Assembly: GCA_027317865.1 (NCBI GenBank)
Contig: DAHVQG010000014.1
Location: forward strand, 1-64,000
Direction: 5' to 3'
DNA: 64,000 nucleotides
Source: Bdellovibrionales bacterium
Lineage (GTDB): Bacteria > Bdellovibrionota > Bdellovibrionia > Bdellovibrionales > UBA1609
The translations under genes and the position numbers were made by a program. The notes under the pieces were generated by a model. The model had not been told where the DNA came from and did no database searches. It was given only the letters and a program-made list of their open reading frames with translations. Of this stretch, positions 38,611-48,600 are shown in pieces; the stretch's first letter is position 1, and the number at the start of each line of letters is the position of its first letter.

Positions 38611-38856
38611 ATGGATCAGTCGGAACTCAAATCCTTAATTGAATTTATGGCAAAGGCGCTCGCGGATAACCCAGACGAAGTAGAGGTTAATGAAATTGTT
38701 GGTGAACAAACAACAGTCCTTGAACTGCGGGTGGCCAAAGCAGATCTGGGCAAAGTAATCGGCAAGCAAGGAAGAACAGCCCAATCGATTCGTACAATTC
38801 TCAATGCTGCAAGTACGAAGCTTCAAAAACGAAGCGTCTTAGAAATTGTCGAGTGA
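38611..38856 (+). CDS. khpA: KH-domain RNA-binding protein KhpA (YlqC/UPF0109)
   Basis: [31 protein letters not shown]. Confidence 0.92.
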   Translation: MDQSELKSLIEFMAKALADNPDEVEVNEIVGEQTTVLELRVAKADLGKVIGKQGRTAQSIRTILNAASTKLQKRSVLEIVE

Positions 38857-38870
38857 CCGTACAAAACTGA

Positions 38871-39728
38871 CTATGGTGCATTCGGATGGGCAGCTTCAAA
38901 TTTTGCTTCGGCTCGCTCGTTCCAATTGATGACACCCCACTGCGCGTTTTCAAATGAATTTGTATAGTCAAAGCTTAACAACACCAAGCCACCTGCAGTT
39001 AATGCACCATCGGCCCAGGTGTAATTTTTGCTTTTGATTCCCGTATATGTCGGAACAACGATCGCCAATGCTCCAAGAATTGCGGCAACAAGACGAATCG
39101 CTCCGCCTTTGTCATCTCCAACATAAAACTGGCCCATTCCCGGAATTAGCGAACGGGCATCTGCAACACGTTTTGACTTCCATGGTATTTTCTCAGCTTC
39201 ACGTGCATAGACCGCGAGTTTAGATTTCGGCGCTTCATGAATCAACTCGTTGAATGCATCATTCGGATTTGTATGCGGAAAACCGGTCACTCCAACAGAC
39301 CGGAGTGCCCAACCAAGCCGATAAAGAACTAGCGGTTGTAATTTGGAATTCGGATACCGGTTCAGAAATGATTCCCAAATTTGTACCGCAACATCGGGCG
39401 CGCGCACACGCAAACTAAACAAATCGAACGAACTTGCCAAAGATTGAAATAACGGAAAATCAGTGGCCGCGGCCAAAACTTCAGCCGCGAGAGTTTTGTC
39501 TGAGCGAGGAGGTTGTTCAAAACGATAGCGGTAAAAACTCTCTGCTTGCATAAACATAGTACGTTCAGCCGAAGAAACCTTAATGCCATCCACGAGCACT
39601 TGTGTATGATGCAAGCGCTTTTGCGCCCGTAAATATGTTAGATCATTCTTTTGAATCAAAATCGGCGGGCTCGCACAGCCAGCGACCATTACGACTGCAA
39701 CTATAAATATAAAACACAGTTTGTTCAT
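38871..39728 (-). CDS. Lipoprotein with a TPR-like segment and C-terminal hydrophobic helices
   Basis: Lipobox VAGC; FLNRYPNS..LYRLG TPR-like helix pair; SLIPGMGQFY motif. Confidence 0.7.
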   Translation of the reverse strand: MNKLCFIFIVAVVMVAGCASPPILIQKNDLTYLRAQKRLHHTQVLVDGIKVSSAERTMFMQAESFYRYRFEQPPRSDKTLAAEVLAAATDFPLFQSLASSFDLFSLRVRAPDVAVQIWESFLNRYPNSKLQPLVLYRLGWALRSVGVTGFPHTNPNDAFNELIHEAPKSKLAVYAREAEKIPWKSKRVADARSLIPGMGQFYVGDDKGGAIRLVAAILGALAIVVPTYTGIKSKNYTWADGALTAGGLVLLSFDYTNSFENAQWGVINWNERAEAKFEAAHPNAP

Positions 39729-39777
39729 TCGCTCTTAAATTCGACGATAAAAGCATGGACGAGGCAATATATTTAAA

Positions 39778-40275
39778 ATGACAAAAGCTTTTAAGCCGTC
39801 ACTTTTGGTTAAACAAAATCGAGAGGTACTCTTTCGCGTTGGCATACTGCTAAAGGGCTTTAATGGGTTTCTAGAAATATTAGGGGGTGTGGCGCTATTT
39901 TCCGTTGGACCGCAGTTTCTACTAAAAGTTGTAAGATATGTCACACAAGACGAAATTGCCGAAGACCCACACGATCTCGTTGCAAATTTTCTACGCCATA
40001 TCGCAACTCATTTATCAATTTCTGGTGAACATTTATTCGGTCTATTTCTTTTGATCGACGGTCTTGTTAACATTGGCCTCGTCGTAGCCCTTCTAAAGCG
40101 CATACGCATAGCTTATCCTATTGCAACAGCAATTTATGCGACGGTTTTTATTTACGAAATTTATCGTTTTATCATACACCCGAGTTTAGGACTGACCGCG
40201 CTTGCGACAATAGATCTTATCGTGATCGCTTTGGTTTTGTTTGAATATCACGCGATATCAAGTCATGACACTTAA
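39778..40275 (+). CDS. DUF2127-like membrane protein
   Basis: KG.NG.LE..GG, E..EDPHD..A, AYP, YE.YRF pattern. Confidence 0.75.
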   Translation: MTKAFKPSLLVKQNREVLFRVGILLKGFNGFLEILGGVALFSVGPQFLLKVVRYVTQDEIAEDPHDLVANFLRHIATHLSISGEHLFGLFLLIDGLVNIGLVVALLKRIRIAYPIATAIYATVFIYEIYRFIIHPSLGLTALATIDLIVIALVLFEYHAISSHDT

Positions 40276-40324
40276 GCCTATGCCGGCAAATATGTTGTGC
40301 CGGCACAGTCCACCCAAATATATT

Positions 40325-40912
40325 TTATTGATTTAGGAACTTGATCTGCAAAATAGGATGTATCTCGATGCCGTTTCGCGCAGCTCCCCCGGCATGCGGA
40401 ATATCGAAAAAACCAACTCCCGTGATTGACGCCGGAATGTTAACTCGCTCGCTGCCGCTCCAATTTTGTGTCACATATGATCTTGCGGCCTGAATCAGGG
40501 GCAAAAATGGGCTTGATGATCCCACACATGAAGGACTAGGAATTTCAGTGTCCATCGTATTTCCTGATGAATCTCTGACAACTAAATGAATGTCGTCATC
40601 GGCCTCACGGCGAATCTCATAAATAGTGGCATGAATGTTAAATACAGTATCTTCGGTCGGCGCGATTCGCGAGCTTTGGGGGTAGGCGTTCCATGTTGGT
40701 CGTCGAACCGGCAGAGGTATAGAAGTAAGACTCGCGATTGAAGACTGTACTATGTTGTTGACGTCGATTTGTTGCGCATCTTGATCAGTACCGGTTTTCA
40801 CCGACCAACGCCACTTTCCGCAGGCCCAAGTATTATTCGAAAATGCGATAATGCTAAAACTTGCGATGAATAAAACTGCAAGCTGACAGACCCATACTTT
40901 AATCCTTCTCAT
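40325..40912 (-). CDS. Secreted protein with an OB-fold-like domain
   Basis: Signal peptide; CG..RW.VKTGTD, E.D.D.HLV, TGVGFFD..H and EIHP motifs; GGAGG RBS. Confidence 0.7.
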   Translation of the reverse strand: MRRIKVWVCQLAVLFIASFSIIAFSNNTWACGKWRWSVKTGTDQDAQQIDVNNIVQSSIASLTSIPLPVRRPTWNAYPQSSRIAPTEDTVFNIHATIYEIRREADDDIHLVVRDSSGNTMDTEIPSPSCVGSSSPFLPLIQAARSYVTQNWSGSERVNIPASITGVGFFDIPHAGGAARNGIEIHPILQIKFLNQ

Positions 40913-41398
40913 GACCCCTCCTTGCGCGTGGAACGCGTCTTTAGGCTTGATCATCCCGAGAAAGATTTTGGTTTGTCCAGAGTCAGAAATGTTACTTTCA
41001 ATACGAAGGTCTAGGTTTCTAACAAACAGCTAACATGTCAAAAGTGAGAAGTTTAACTGCTAGCCCAGCTGAGTGGCGCCGAACTGCTTTTCGGCTCTAT
41101 CTGGCAAATGGGTGGCTGCGTAACAATGCGTGGTTCTAAATGGTCCGCTCGTTGCCGCAGCGTTCGGAAAAAATAGACTTCCTACTTTTCCTGTGCAGCT
41201 CTCTCACACATTATCTTAACCATCAGGATTTCGCTACAACTCGGCGAAGTCGATTTCTACCGCTGGAAATATCGCCGATGAACCCGTCACCAATCTCATC
41301 GCGTGGTAGCAATCCTACGCGGTCTTAAATAGTGAAATATCATTGACAGACCGTCGTGCCTTAGATGAACTATTTACCTTTATAAGGAGAATTAGTTT

Positions 41399-41614
41399 AT
41401 GCGCAGGCGCTATATCAAATCGAGTTTGCCTCGTCGAAAATACAAAGTGACGTACATTCTCAAATCGGCTAACCCTCCGGGGGAGGAAAAAATCTTCGAT
41501 ACTCTCGAAGACGCTACGGTATTCAGAAATAACCTTGTCGAAACTGGTAAGTATATCGTCTCGAAGGTTGAACCTACTATACATGTTGGGGTCGCCAATT
41601 CTGAAGAGGAGTAG
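41399..41614 (+). CDS. 71-aa hypothetical protein
   Basis: AAGGAGA RBS; TTGACA at 41343; 2 nt from the next ORF. Confidence 0.65.
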   Translation: MRRRYIKSSLPRRKYKVTYILKSANPPGEEKIFDTLEDATVFRNNLVETGKYIVSKVEPTIHVGVANSEEE

Positions 41615-41616
41615 CC

Positions 41617-41823
41617 ATGGTAACAGTAAGCGGACAGTTTGCGGATGTCGCGGCGGCCGTTAGGGGCAGCATTTATATTAAAAATCAATTCAAAGACAAT
41701 TCGAAAGTCAAAGTGTTGCCGGTGGCCGAAAACTACCTTCTGGTCGATTGTCCCTCTGATCATGTTGACGTCGTGGCCGCTGCCCTTGAAGAGGCTGGTG
41801 CCATTGATGTTCAAACAACTTAA
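41617..41823 (+). CDS. 68-aa hypothetical protein
   Basis: GAGGAG RBS in the end of the previous gene; 2-nt gap. Confidence 0.65.
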   Translation: MVTVSGQFADVAAAVRGSIYIKNQFKDNSKVKVLPVAENYLLVDCPSDHVDVVAAALEEAGAIDVQTT

Positions 41824-42029
41824 GGTTGAGTGATCAACAACCAAGAAATTTAAGAATCTCATACAAATCACCGAAATCGTCCTTACAAACAAAACTGCAG
41901 ATCGTTTGTGAGTTTAATGCTTTGTGACGGCGAGTTGTTGTTCGCTGCGTTGCTGCCTTGTTGGCGCAAGTATGTGGAATCTACGTTTAAAAAAGAATTC
42001 TCACTGCATGTCCTGTGCACGCCGCCCTA

Positions 42030-42572
42030 TCACTCATACCTAAATTTGGCTATGATTTCTGTGCCTCCGATGGCGGTTGCGACAGCCCCCAAAGACCAAA
42101 ACACAAACCATGTCCATGCCAAGTTTGAACCGCCTAATAAAAATACAACTTCAGAAATCAAGACAATCGGAACAAACTGAGCCCACTTTGCGCGACGAAG
42201 AAGTTTAAATTCTTCTGGGAGCATGACGAGCCAAGCGACTAAAATCGTGCCTACGAAAAAAAATGACCCGCATAATGCAGCACACATAGGGTCACCCAAT
42301 TTTCGAAACCACAACATAAGACCAAGCCCCCCGGTTGGCGTGATCCCGAACTGCGGGCAACCAAACAAAGAAATTAACCCGACGAATACATGAATTAGAA
42401 CAAGCTTTGCAAAAACCCGTGAAGCCTTCGGGTTTGCATCGGGCTTCACACATTCATAGCTTTTGCAATCGCACATAATACATTCACAAACTTTTTGCGT
42501 AAGCTCAGGCGGTGGCTCAACATGAGCATTTAAAAACTGCTCGAATTCCGTCTTTGACGAGTCGTATTTCAT
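42030..42572 (-). CDS. Putative Cys-rich membrane anti-sigma factor
   Basis: ATGA overlap with the ECF sigma gene; CECIMCDCKSYEC, then ~4 TM helices with CPQFG and CAALC. Confidence 0.7.
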   Translation of the reverse strand: MKYDSSKTEFEQFLNAHVEPPPELTQKVCECIMCDCKSYECVKPDANPKASRVFAKLVLIHVFVGLISLFGCPQFGITPTGGLGLMLWFRKLGDPMCAALCGSFFFVGTILVAWLVMLPEEFKLLRRAKWAQFVPIVLISEVVFLLGGSNLAWTWFVFWSLGAVATAIGGTEIIAKFRYE

Positions 42573-43162
42573 TTGCTAAATCCACTTTTCAGCTTACGAA
42601 GTGCCCGGCTTACAATTTGCCGTGTATTCGATTCGGTCGTGTTGAGTTCCTTCGCAATATTGAAAAACGAATTTTCGTTTAAATATCGCGATTCGACCGC
42701 CGTCCGTTCACGATCCGACAGAGTGCCAAGTCGGGCCTTCATTTCTGTTTCAAGCAGCGATGTGCCCTTGATCGCCGTAGCAGAATCGGCTGCGATATCA
42801 GACGAATAATCGGCCGCCGCGGCTGGAATTAAAGTCTCGACCGTACTGTCGCCATGAGCCACTCCATCCAAATACACATTATCAACTGATCGCGACCGTT
42901 GCTTGAAAAAATCAGCCATTACAGTTCGGATTATCGAAAAAATCCATGGAGCAAACGGCAGCTCAGTCTTGTAAGTTCCACGGCTTTTATGTAATTTCAT
43001 AAAAATCTGCTGGAACAGATCATCGCCCTGGGCACGGTTTTTCACGCGCGGTAAAATATAACCATAAACCCGGGGCGCGTAACGCTTGTACAATTCCAAA
43101 AACGCTCCTTGATCGCCATTTTGATAGGCTCGCATCAAATCTTCGTCCGAGATCTTGTCCAT
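42569..43162 (-). CDS. ECF RNA polymerase sigma factor
   Basis: SDEDLM...GD..AF..LY.RY, DD..Q..F.K, F..W...I; region 4 IA..L.......VSRA..KL. Confidence 0.92.
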   Translation of the reverse strand: MDKISDEDLMRAYQNGDQGAFLELYKRYAPRVYGYILPRVKNRAQGDDLFQQIFMKLHKSRGTYKTELPFAPWIFSIIRTVMADFFKQRSRSVDNVYLDGVAHGDSTVETLIPAAAADYSSDIAADSATAIKGTSLLETEMKARLGTLSDRERTAVESRYLNENSFFNIAKELNTTESNTRQIVSRALRKLKSGFSK

Positions 43163-43168
43163 TAAGGG

Positions 43169-43252
43169 TTACGGCTCCAGAGTTATTTTTGTGACAACGA
43201 CTTGAAGAAAATATTTTCGAAGGGATGTCACAAAATTCATATCAAACAGTAT
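43169..43252. promoter_or_regulatory. Back-to-back putative ECF promoters
   Basis: Minus strand: TGTCAC(43196-43191)-N17-CGTAA; plus strand: TGTCAC(43226-43231)-N16-AGTAT. Confidence 0.6.
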
Positions 43253-43289
43253 TTCACTATACGCTGACCGCAATGGGAGGTCCAGATTT

Positions 43290-44555
43290 ATGCGTTTTCA
43301 AACGCAATTCCTAAGTATTTTATGTGGCTTAACTCTTGCGTTTATTGCCCAAGTGTCTCAGGCTGGCACGCTGACGCTCGACAAGGCAATAAGCCAGGCT
43401 ATCTCGGCAAATCCTCAAATCGCCGCCGCATCAGCTGAAGCCCATGCCGAACACGAAGCCATTAAATCGAACTATTCGCTCGACAATCCGACGGTTGGCT
43501 TTTCTACCAGCCACAATATGGGTTTGATGCAAGTTCAAATGGGACCAATGAAGGTCTGGTCAGTCAGCCAAAAATTTAAATTCCCAACTGAATATTTTCT
43601 TAGCGGCAAAGCCCAGACCGAAAGGGCCAAAGCTGCCGAGCAACAGTATTTGGCGAAAATGCTTGAAGTGAGACGCGAACTGATCACCCGCTATTATCGT
43701 CTTTTTGCGGTGAATCAGATCCTGGCATTACTCAAAGCACAGCGTGAAACGTTGCAAGAAGTGGCTCGAAGCGCCGAAGCCCGCCATGCAGTTGGCACCG
43801 TTCCTCAACAAGATGAACTCAAGGCGACCGAAGAACAAACGATGGTCGACGCCGAACTGATTTCAGAAAAAGAAAAACAAACCGCCGACGAAGCAAAACT
43901 CAATTCGATAATGGCAAAACCCGCGAACGCGCCGATACAACTGCCGAGCGATGATCTGCCGGTTCCTGAACTTACGGTATCGCCGACACAAGTTGAACAA
44001 ATGGCGAAAACCGACTCACGTGAGATAAAGGCCGCGCAATTTTCAGTAAGTTCAGCGGCAACAGCAAAAACCCTTAGCGCATGGAAATACGCTCCCAACT
44101 TCACAGTTTCATATCATCAAGCCTATGACACAAATATAAATGCGTATTCTTTTGGCATCGGAGTTTCAATACCACTTTGGTTTTTTGCAAAACAAAATGG
44201 CGATTACGAAGCGGCGTCAGCGCGGGCCGTGCGTGCGCAAGCGAATCTTGAAAATCTCCGTCTTGCAACTTCTAGCGAAGTTCGATCATTAGTGTTCGAT
44301 GTAACGTCTCACGCGCAACTTCTAAAAATTTACAAAACATCGTTGATACCACAGGCCTCAACCACGTTGAGCTCTTCACGAAGCGCCTATCGCGCCGGTC
44401 GTACTCAATTTTTGGAACTACTCGACAGCGAGCGATCTCTCTACGCAGTACGAGTCGGCTACTATCAAACGCTCTCTCAATACATTGATGACTTGGCAAA
44501 ACTTGAGTCCATTGTTTGCCACTCGGTGAGTACACTCCCGAAGGAGGGTATGTGA
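43290..44555 (+). CDS. TolC/CusC-family outer-membrane efflux protein
   Basis: Signal peptide, LTL..AI..A...NP, GVSIPLW, Y.AG...FLELLD. Confidence 0.9.
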   Translation: MRFQTQFLSILCGLTLAFIAQVSQAGTLTLDKAISQAISANPQIAAASAEAHAEHEAIKSNYSLDNPTVGFSTSHNMGLMQVQMGPMKVWSVSQKFKFPTEYFLSGKAQTERAKAAEQQYLAKMLEVRRELITRYYRLFAVNQILALLKAQRETLQEVARSAEARHAVGTVPQQDELKATEEQTMVDAELISEKEKQTADEAKLNSIMAKPANAPIQLPSDDLPVPELTVSPTQVEQMAKTDSREIKAAQFSVSSAATAKTLSAWKYAPNFTVSYHQAYDTNINAYSFGIGVSIPLWFFAKQNGDYEAASARAVRAQANLENLRLATSSEVRSLVFDVTSHAQLLKIYKTSLIPQASTTLSSSRSAYRAGRTQFLELLDSERSLYAVRVGYYQTLSQYIDDLAKLESIVCHSVSTLPKEGM

Positions 44556-45604
44556 ATAAAACTGCAATTTTTGTGTCTTTTATCTTTTTATTGCTAGTCG
44601 GTTTGTTTGGTCTAACAAAAAAGGGTCATGCGGCCATGTCGATGACTAACAACTCAGGAAAAACGATAATGCCGATGCATAAGTTGTCGATGCCAATGCC
44701 GACGCAAAAGACAACAGAGCCGTCAGGTCACGCCCCCTTTCATTTGTCGCCTAACGCGCAACAGCTAATCGGCGTTAAAATCGGTTGGGTGATCAAGCGA
44801 GATTTAAATAAAAACATAGATGCCGCTGGGCGCATCGCCTATGACCCTGAGCTATATACGGCGCAAACCGAATATATCGAGGCCTTGCAGGAACTTGAAC
44901 AAGTTAAAAATTCACCACTCTCTGAGGTGAAAGAGTCGGCGCGCCAAATGGTAAATTCAGCTCGACTGCGACTCAAAATATTAGGTTTGTCAGATCGGCA
45001 AATCGCGCACCTACATAGCAGAAGTGCTGAAACCTCGAACTTACTTCTGACGAAACCGCATCAACATGTTTGGGTTTATGCTGACATTTTCGAGATGGAT
45101 CTACCATATGTAAAACCAGGCGAGCGCGCAGACATATCGGCTGATTTTTTAGAAGGCAAAACTTTGATTGGAAAAGTTATATCGGTAGATCGTGTGATTG
45201 ATACAAAATCACGCACAGCGCGGGCTCGAATTCTGGTAAATGAAGGCACAAGTTATTTGCGCCCCGGCTCATACGTCAACGTAACTATTCACGATCCAAC
45301 TGGAGACCAAGTTGTTGTACCGTTTGATGCCATTTTAAACACTGGCAAAGCGGCTTGGGTTTTCGTTGTCAAAAGGCCCGGAATTTTCATTCCGCGAAAA
45401 GTAGGAATAAAATTTTATGACGGCAACAATGTTGCAATTGCTAGTGGTTTGACGAGTGGCGAGAACATTGTAACAAGTGCGAATTTTCTAATCGACTCGG
45501 AATCGCGGCTCAAAGCAAGCGAGTTTAGCCGTGCTTCGCAAACGCCATCGTGTCCGAAAAATCAGCATTGGGATACGGCAATGACCATGTGTATGCCAAA
45601 CTAG
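44552..45604 (+). CDS. cusB: CusB-like RND periplasmic adaptor
   Basis: PEL..AQ.EY, VWVYADIFE, LRPG.YV, SANFLIDSESRL; Met-rich N-terminus; GTG start after GGAGG. Confidence 0.85.
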   Translation: MNKTAIFVSFIFLLLVGLFGLTKKGHAAMSMTNNSGKTIMPMHKLSMPMPTQKTTEPSGHAPFHLSPNAQQLIGVKIGWVIKRDLNKNIDAAGRIAYDPELYTAQTEYIEALQELEQVKNSPLSEVKESARQMVNSARLRLKILGLSDRQIAHLHSRSAETSNLLLTKPHQHVWVYADIFEMDLPYVKPGERADISADFLEGKTLIGKVISVDRVIDTKSRTARARILVNEGTSYLRPGSYVNVTIHDPTGDQVVVPFDAILNTGKAAWVFVVKRPGIFIPRKVGIKFYDGNNVAIASGLTSGENIVTSANFLIDSESRLKASEFSRASQTPSCPKNQHWDTAMTMCMPN

Positions 45605-45620
45605 CAGGAGTGCAAAAGTC

Positions 45621-48600
45621 GTGATTGATAAAATCATCGAATTTTCAGCGCGAAACCGATTTTTGATATTCCTCCTCGTAATAATGGCAACAGTGGCCGG
45701 TTGGTTTTCGCTCAAAAATTTGCCGATCGATGCGCTGCCTGATTTATCGGACACACAAGTGATCATTTACACAAAATGGGATCGCCCGCCCGGCATAATC
45801 GAAGATCAGGTTACCTATCCTATAATCAGTGCTATGCTTGGCGCTCCTAGAGTAACGGACATACGCGGAATTTCAACTTTTGGAACATCGTATGTTTACG
45901 TAACTTTTAAAGACGGTACAGATCCTTATTGGGCCCGCTCACGAACACTCGAATATTTATCGAAAATTTCGGCTGAGTTACCCGCAAACGTTCATCCTGA
46001 ACTTGGTCCAGACGCCACGGGAGTCGGTTGGGTCTATGAATATGCGCTTGTTGATAAATCAGGTAAACATTCGCTCGCTGATCTTCGCACACTTCAAGAC
46101 TGGGACTTGCGCTATCAATTGGAATCTGTTCCCGGAGTTGCTGAAGTCGCGGCAATTGGCGGATATCAACTTCAATATCAAGTGAAACTTAATCCGAACG
46201 CGCTTTATTCATATCATATCCCGATAGAACAAGTCGTTCATGCCATTCAGCAAAACAACAATGAAGTCGGGGCACGAGTTCTCGAAATATCAGGAGCCGA
46301 GTACATGATTCGCGGCCGCGGTTACATCAAAAACCGCCACGATCTTGATAATACGATTTTAGCCTATAAAAATGGCACTCCCATTTATATTAAAGACGTC
46401 GGCACTGTTACATTTGGACCTGAAATGCGCCGCGGAGTAGCCGATTACGACGGTGAGGGCGACGCGGTTGGCGGCATTGTGATTATGCGCTACGGGGCCA
46501 ATGCCGAACATGTTATTGCCGCCGTCAAAAAAAAGTTAAACGAGATCAAGAAGACACTCCCAAAAGGTGTTCGAATTGTTACAACCTATGACCGCTCAGA
46601 TCTCATTCATCGCGCAATTAATACTTTAAAACACGAATTAAAACTCGAAATATTTGTCGTTTGTCTTGTCATTATCGCTTTTCTATTGCACTTGCCGAGC
46701 GCCATTGTTCCCATTGTAATTTTGCCGCTCGCAGTATTGATCAGTTTTGTTCCGATGTACGAACTACACGTTTCAGCCAATATTATGAGCCTTGGCGGTA
46801 TAGCAATTGCCATCGGAGCGATGGTCGATGCCGCCATAGTTGTCGTAGAGAACGTTTACAAACACATCGAACATTTTGAAAGCTCAGATAAAGTCATCAT
46901 TCACGCAATCAAAGAAGTTGGCCCCTCTAGTTTTTATTCGCTTCTCGTAATTGCGGTTTCATTTTTGCCCATTTTTGCTTTGAAAGGACAAGAAGGCCGA
47001 CTTTTTAAGCCGCTTGCCTACACTAAAAATATATCGATGTTTGTCGCAGCCGTTCTTAGTATCACCCTTGCGCCGGCGCTTCTTTTGGCACTTTCACGTA
47101 TTAGAAAACTTAAAATATTTGGATACCCTATTGGCGAAAAGATCAGTCAAACACGCCCTGAAGAAAACCATCCCATCAGCAGGGCATTGTTTCGTTTTTA
47201 CGGGCCAGTTGTGCATTGGGCTGTCGATCACCGCAAACAAGTGCTTTTCGGCGCTCTCACGATTTTACTTTTGACAATTCCCGCCTATTTGAAACTCGGT
47301 TCAGAATTTATGCCGCCCCTTAACGAAGGCACAATTCTCTACATGCCCGAGACCCTCCCGGGAATTTCAATCGCGTCCGCACAAAATCTTCTTGAACGGG
47401 AGGATCAAGTCCTGATGTCGTTTCCGGAGGTTAAGCGTGTTTTTGGCAAATCGGGCCATGCCGACACGGCGACAGACCCCGCTCCGCTGTCGATGACAGA
47501 AACGACAATTATGCTCAAACCCCGAAATGAATGGCCGTCGCAAATGACCTGGAAGAAACTCATCGCGCAAATGGATGCCAAAATGAATTTTGCCGGAGTA
47601 ACGAATTCGTGGACGATGCCGATCAAAAATCGAGTCGACATGCTCACAACGGGCATTCGCACTCCTGTGGGAATTAAAATCTTCGGCGACAACCTTAAGC
47701 AAATTCAAAAAATCGGTGTTGAGCTCGTTCCAGTTCTTCAAAAAGTTCGCGGGACTCGAAGCGTGTTTGCCGAAAGAAGTACCGGTGGGTATTATCTTGA
47801 TTTCGACTTTAATCGTGAGCGTCTGGCCCGGTACGGGCTCAACATCGCGCAAGCACAAAATGCTTTGATGACAGCTGTCGGCGGAAAAGATATTTCACAG
47901 ACAATTCAAGGCCGCGAGCGTTTTCCAATTAATGTGCGCTATTTTGCTGACTATCGAAGTAATATCAATTCTCTTCGGCATGTACTAATTGCCACGCCTT
48001 CGGGGGCGCAAATTCCGATGGGTGAAGTGGCCAATATCAGAATGGTGAGCGGTCCGGATATGATTCGCGACGAAAACGGGCGGCTTGCGAGTTACGTTTA
48101 TATCGATGTTACGGGGCGCGATATCGGTCGATATGTAGCAGCGGCAAAAAGGGCAATCAGCAAACATTTGAAATTACCAACCGGGATGACCATAGAGTGG
48201 GCCGGTGAGTATCAAAATATGTCTCGCGCAGATAAAACTCTTAAAGTTGTTCTGCCGCTGACCCTTCTTGTTGTCATTTTACTGTTATTCGCCAACACGA
48301 AATCATGGGCAAAAACAACGATTATATTAATGGCGGTTCCGTTTTCAGCAGTCGGGGCTGTGTGGCTTCTTTTTCTCCTTCATTACAATATGAGTGTCGC
48401 AGTTTGGGTCGGGTTAATTGCGCTTCTCGGTGTAGACGCCGAAACCGGAATTTTTATGCTTCTCTACCTCGATCTTGCCTATAATGCCGCTTATCAAAAG
48501 GCGAATCATGAAGGCCGATTGCTGTCCTTTGAAGAATTACGAGATTCGATTTATGCGGGAGCGGTCCAGCGTGTTCGCCCCAAAGTGATGACTGTCGCTT

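Noticed and set aside
40960..41340. Possible ncRNA or gene remnant in the island's long intergenic stretch
   Set aside because: No convincing ORF, repeat or stable structure recognised by eye
41410..41892. 160-aa minus-strand ORF
   Set aside because: Antisense shadow of two plus-strand ORFs with strong RBSs
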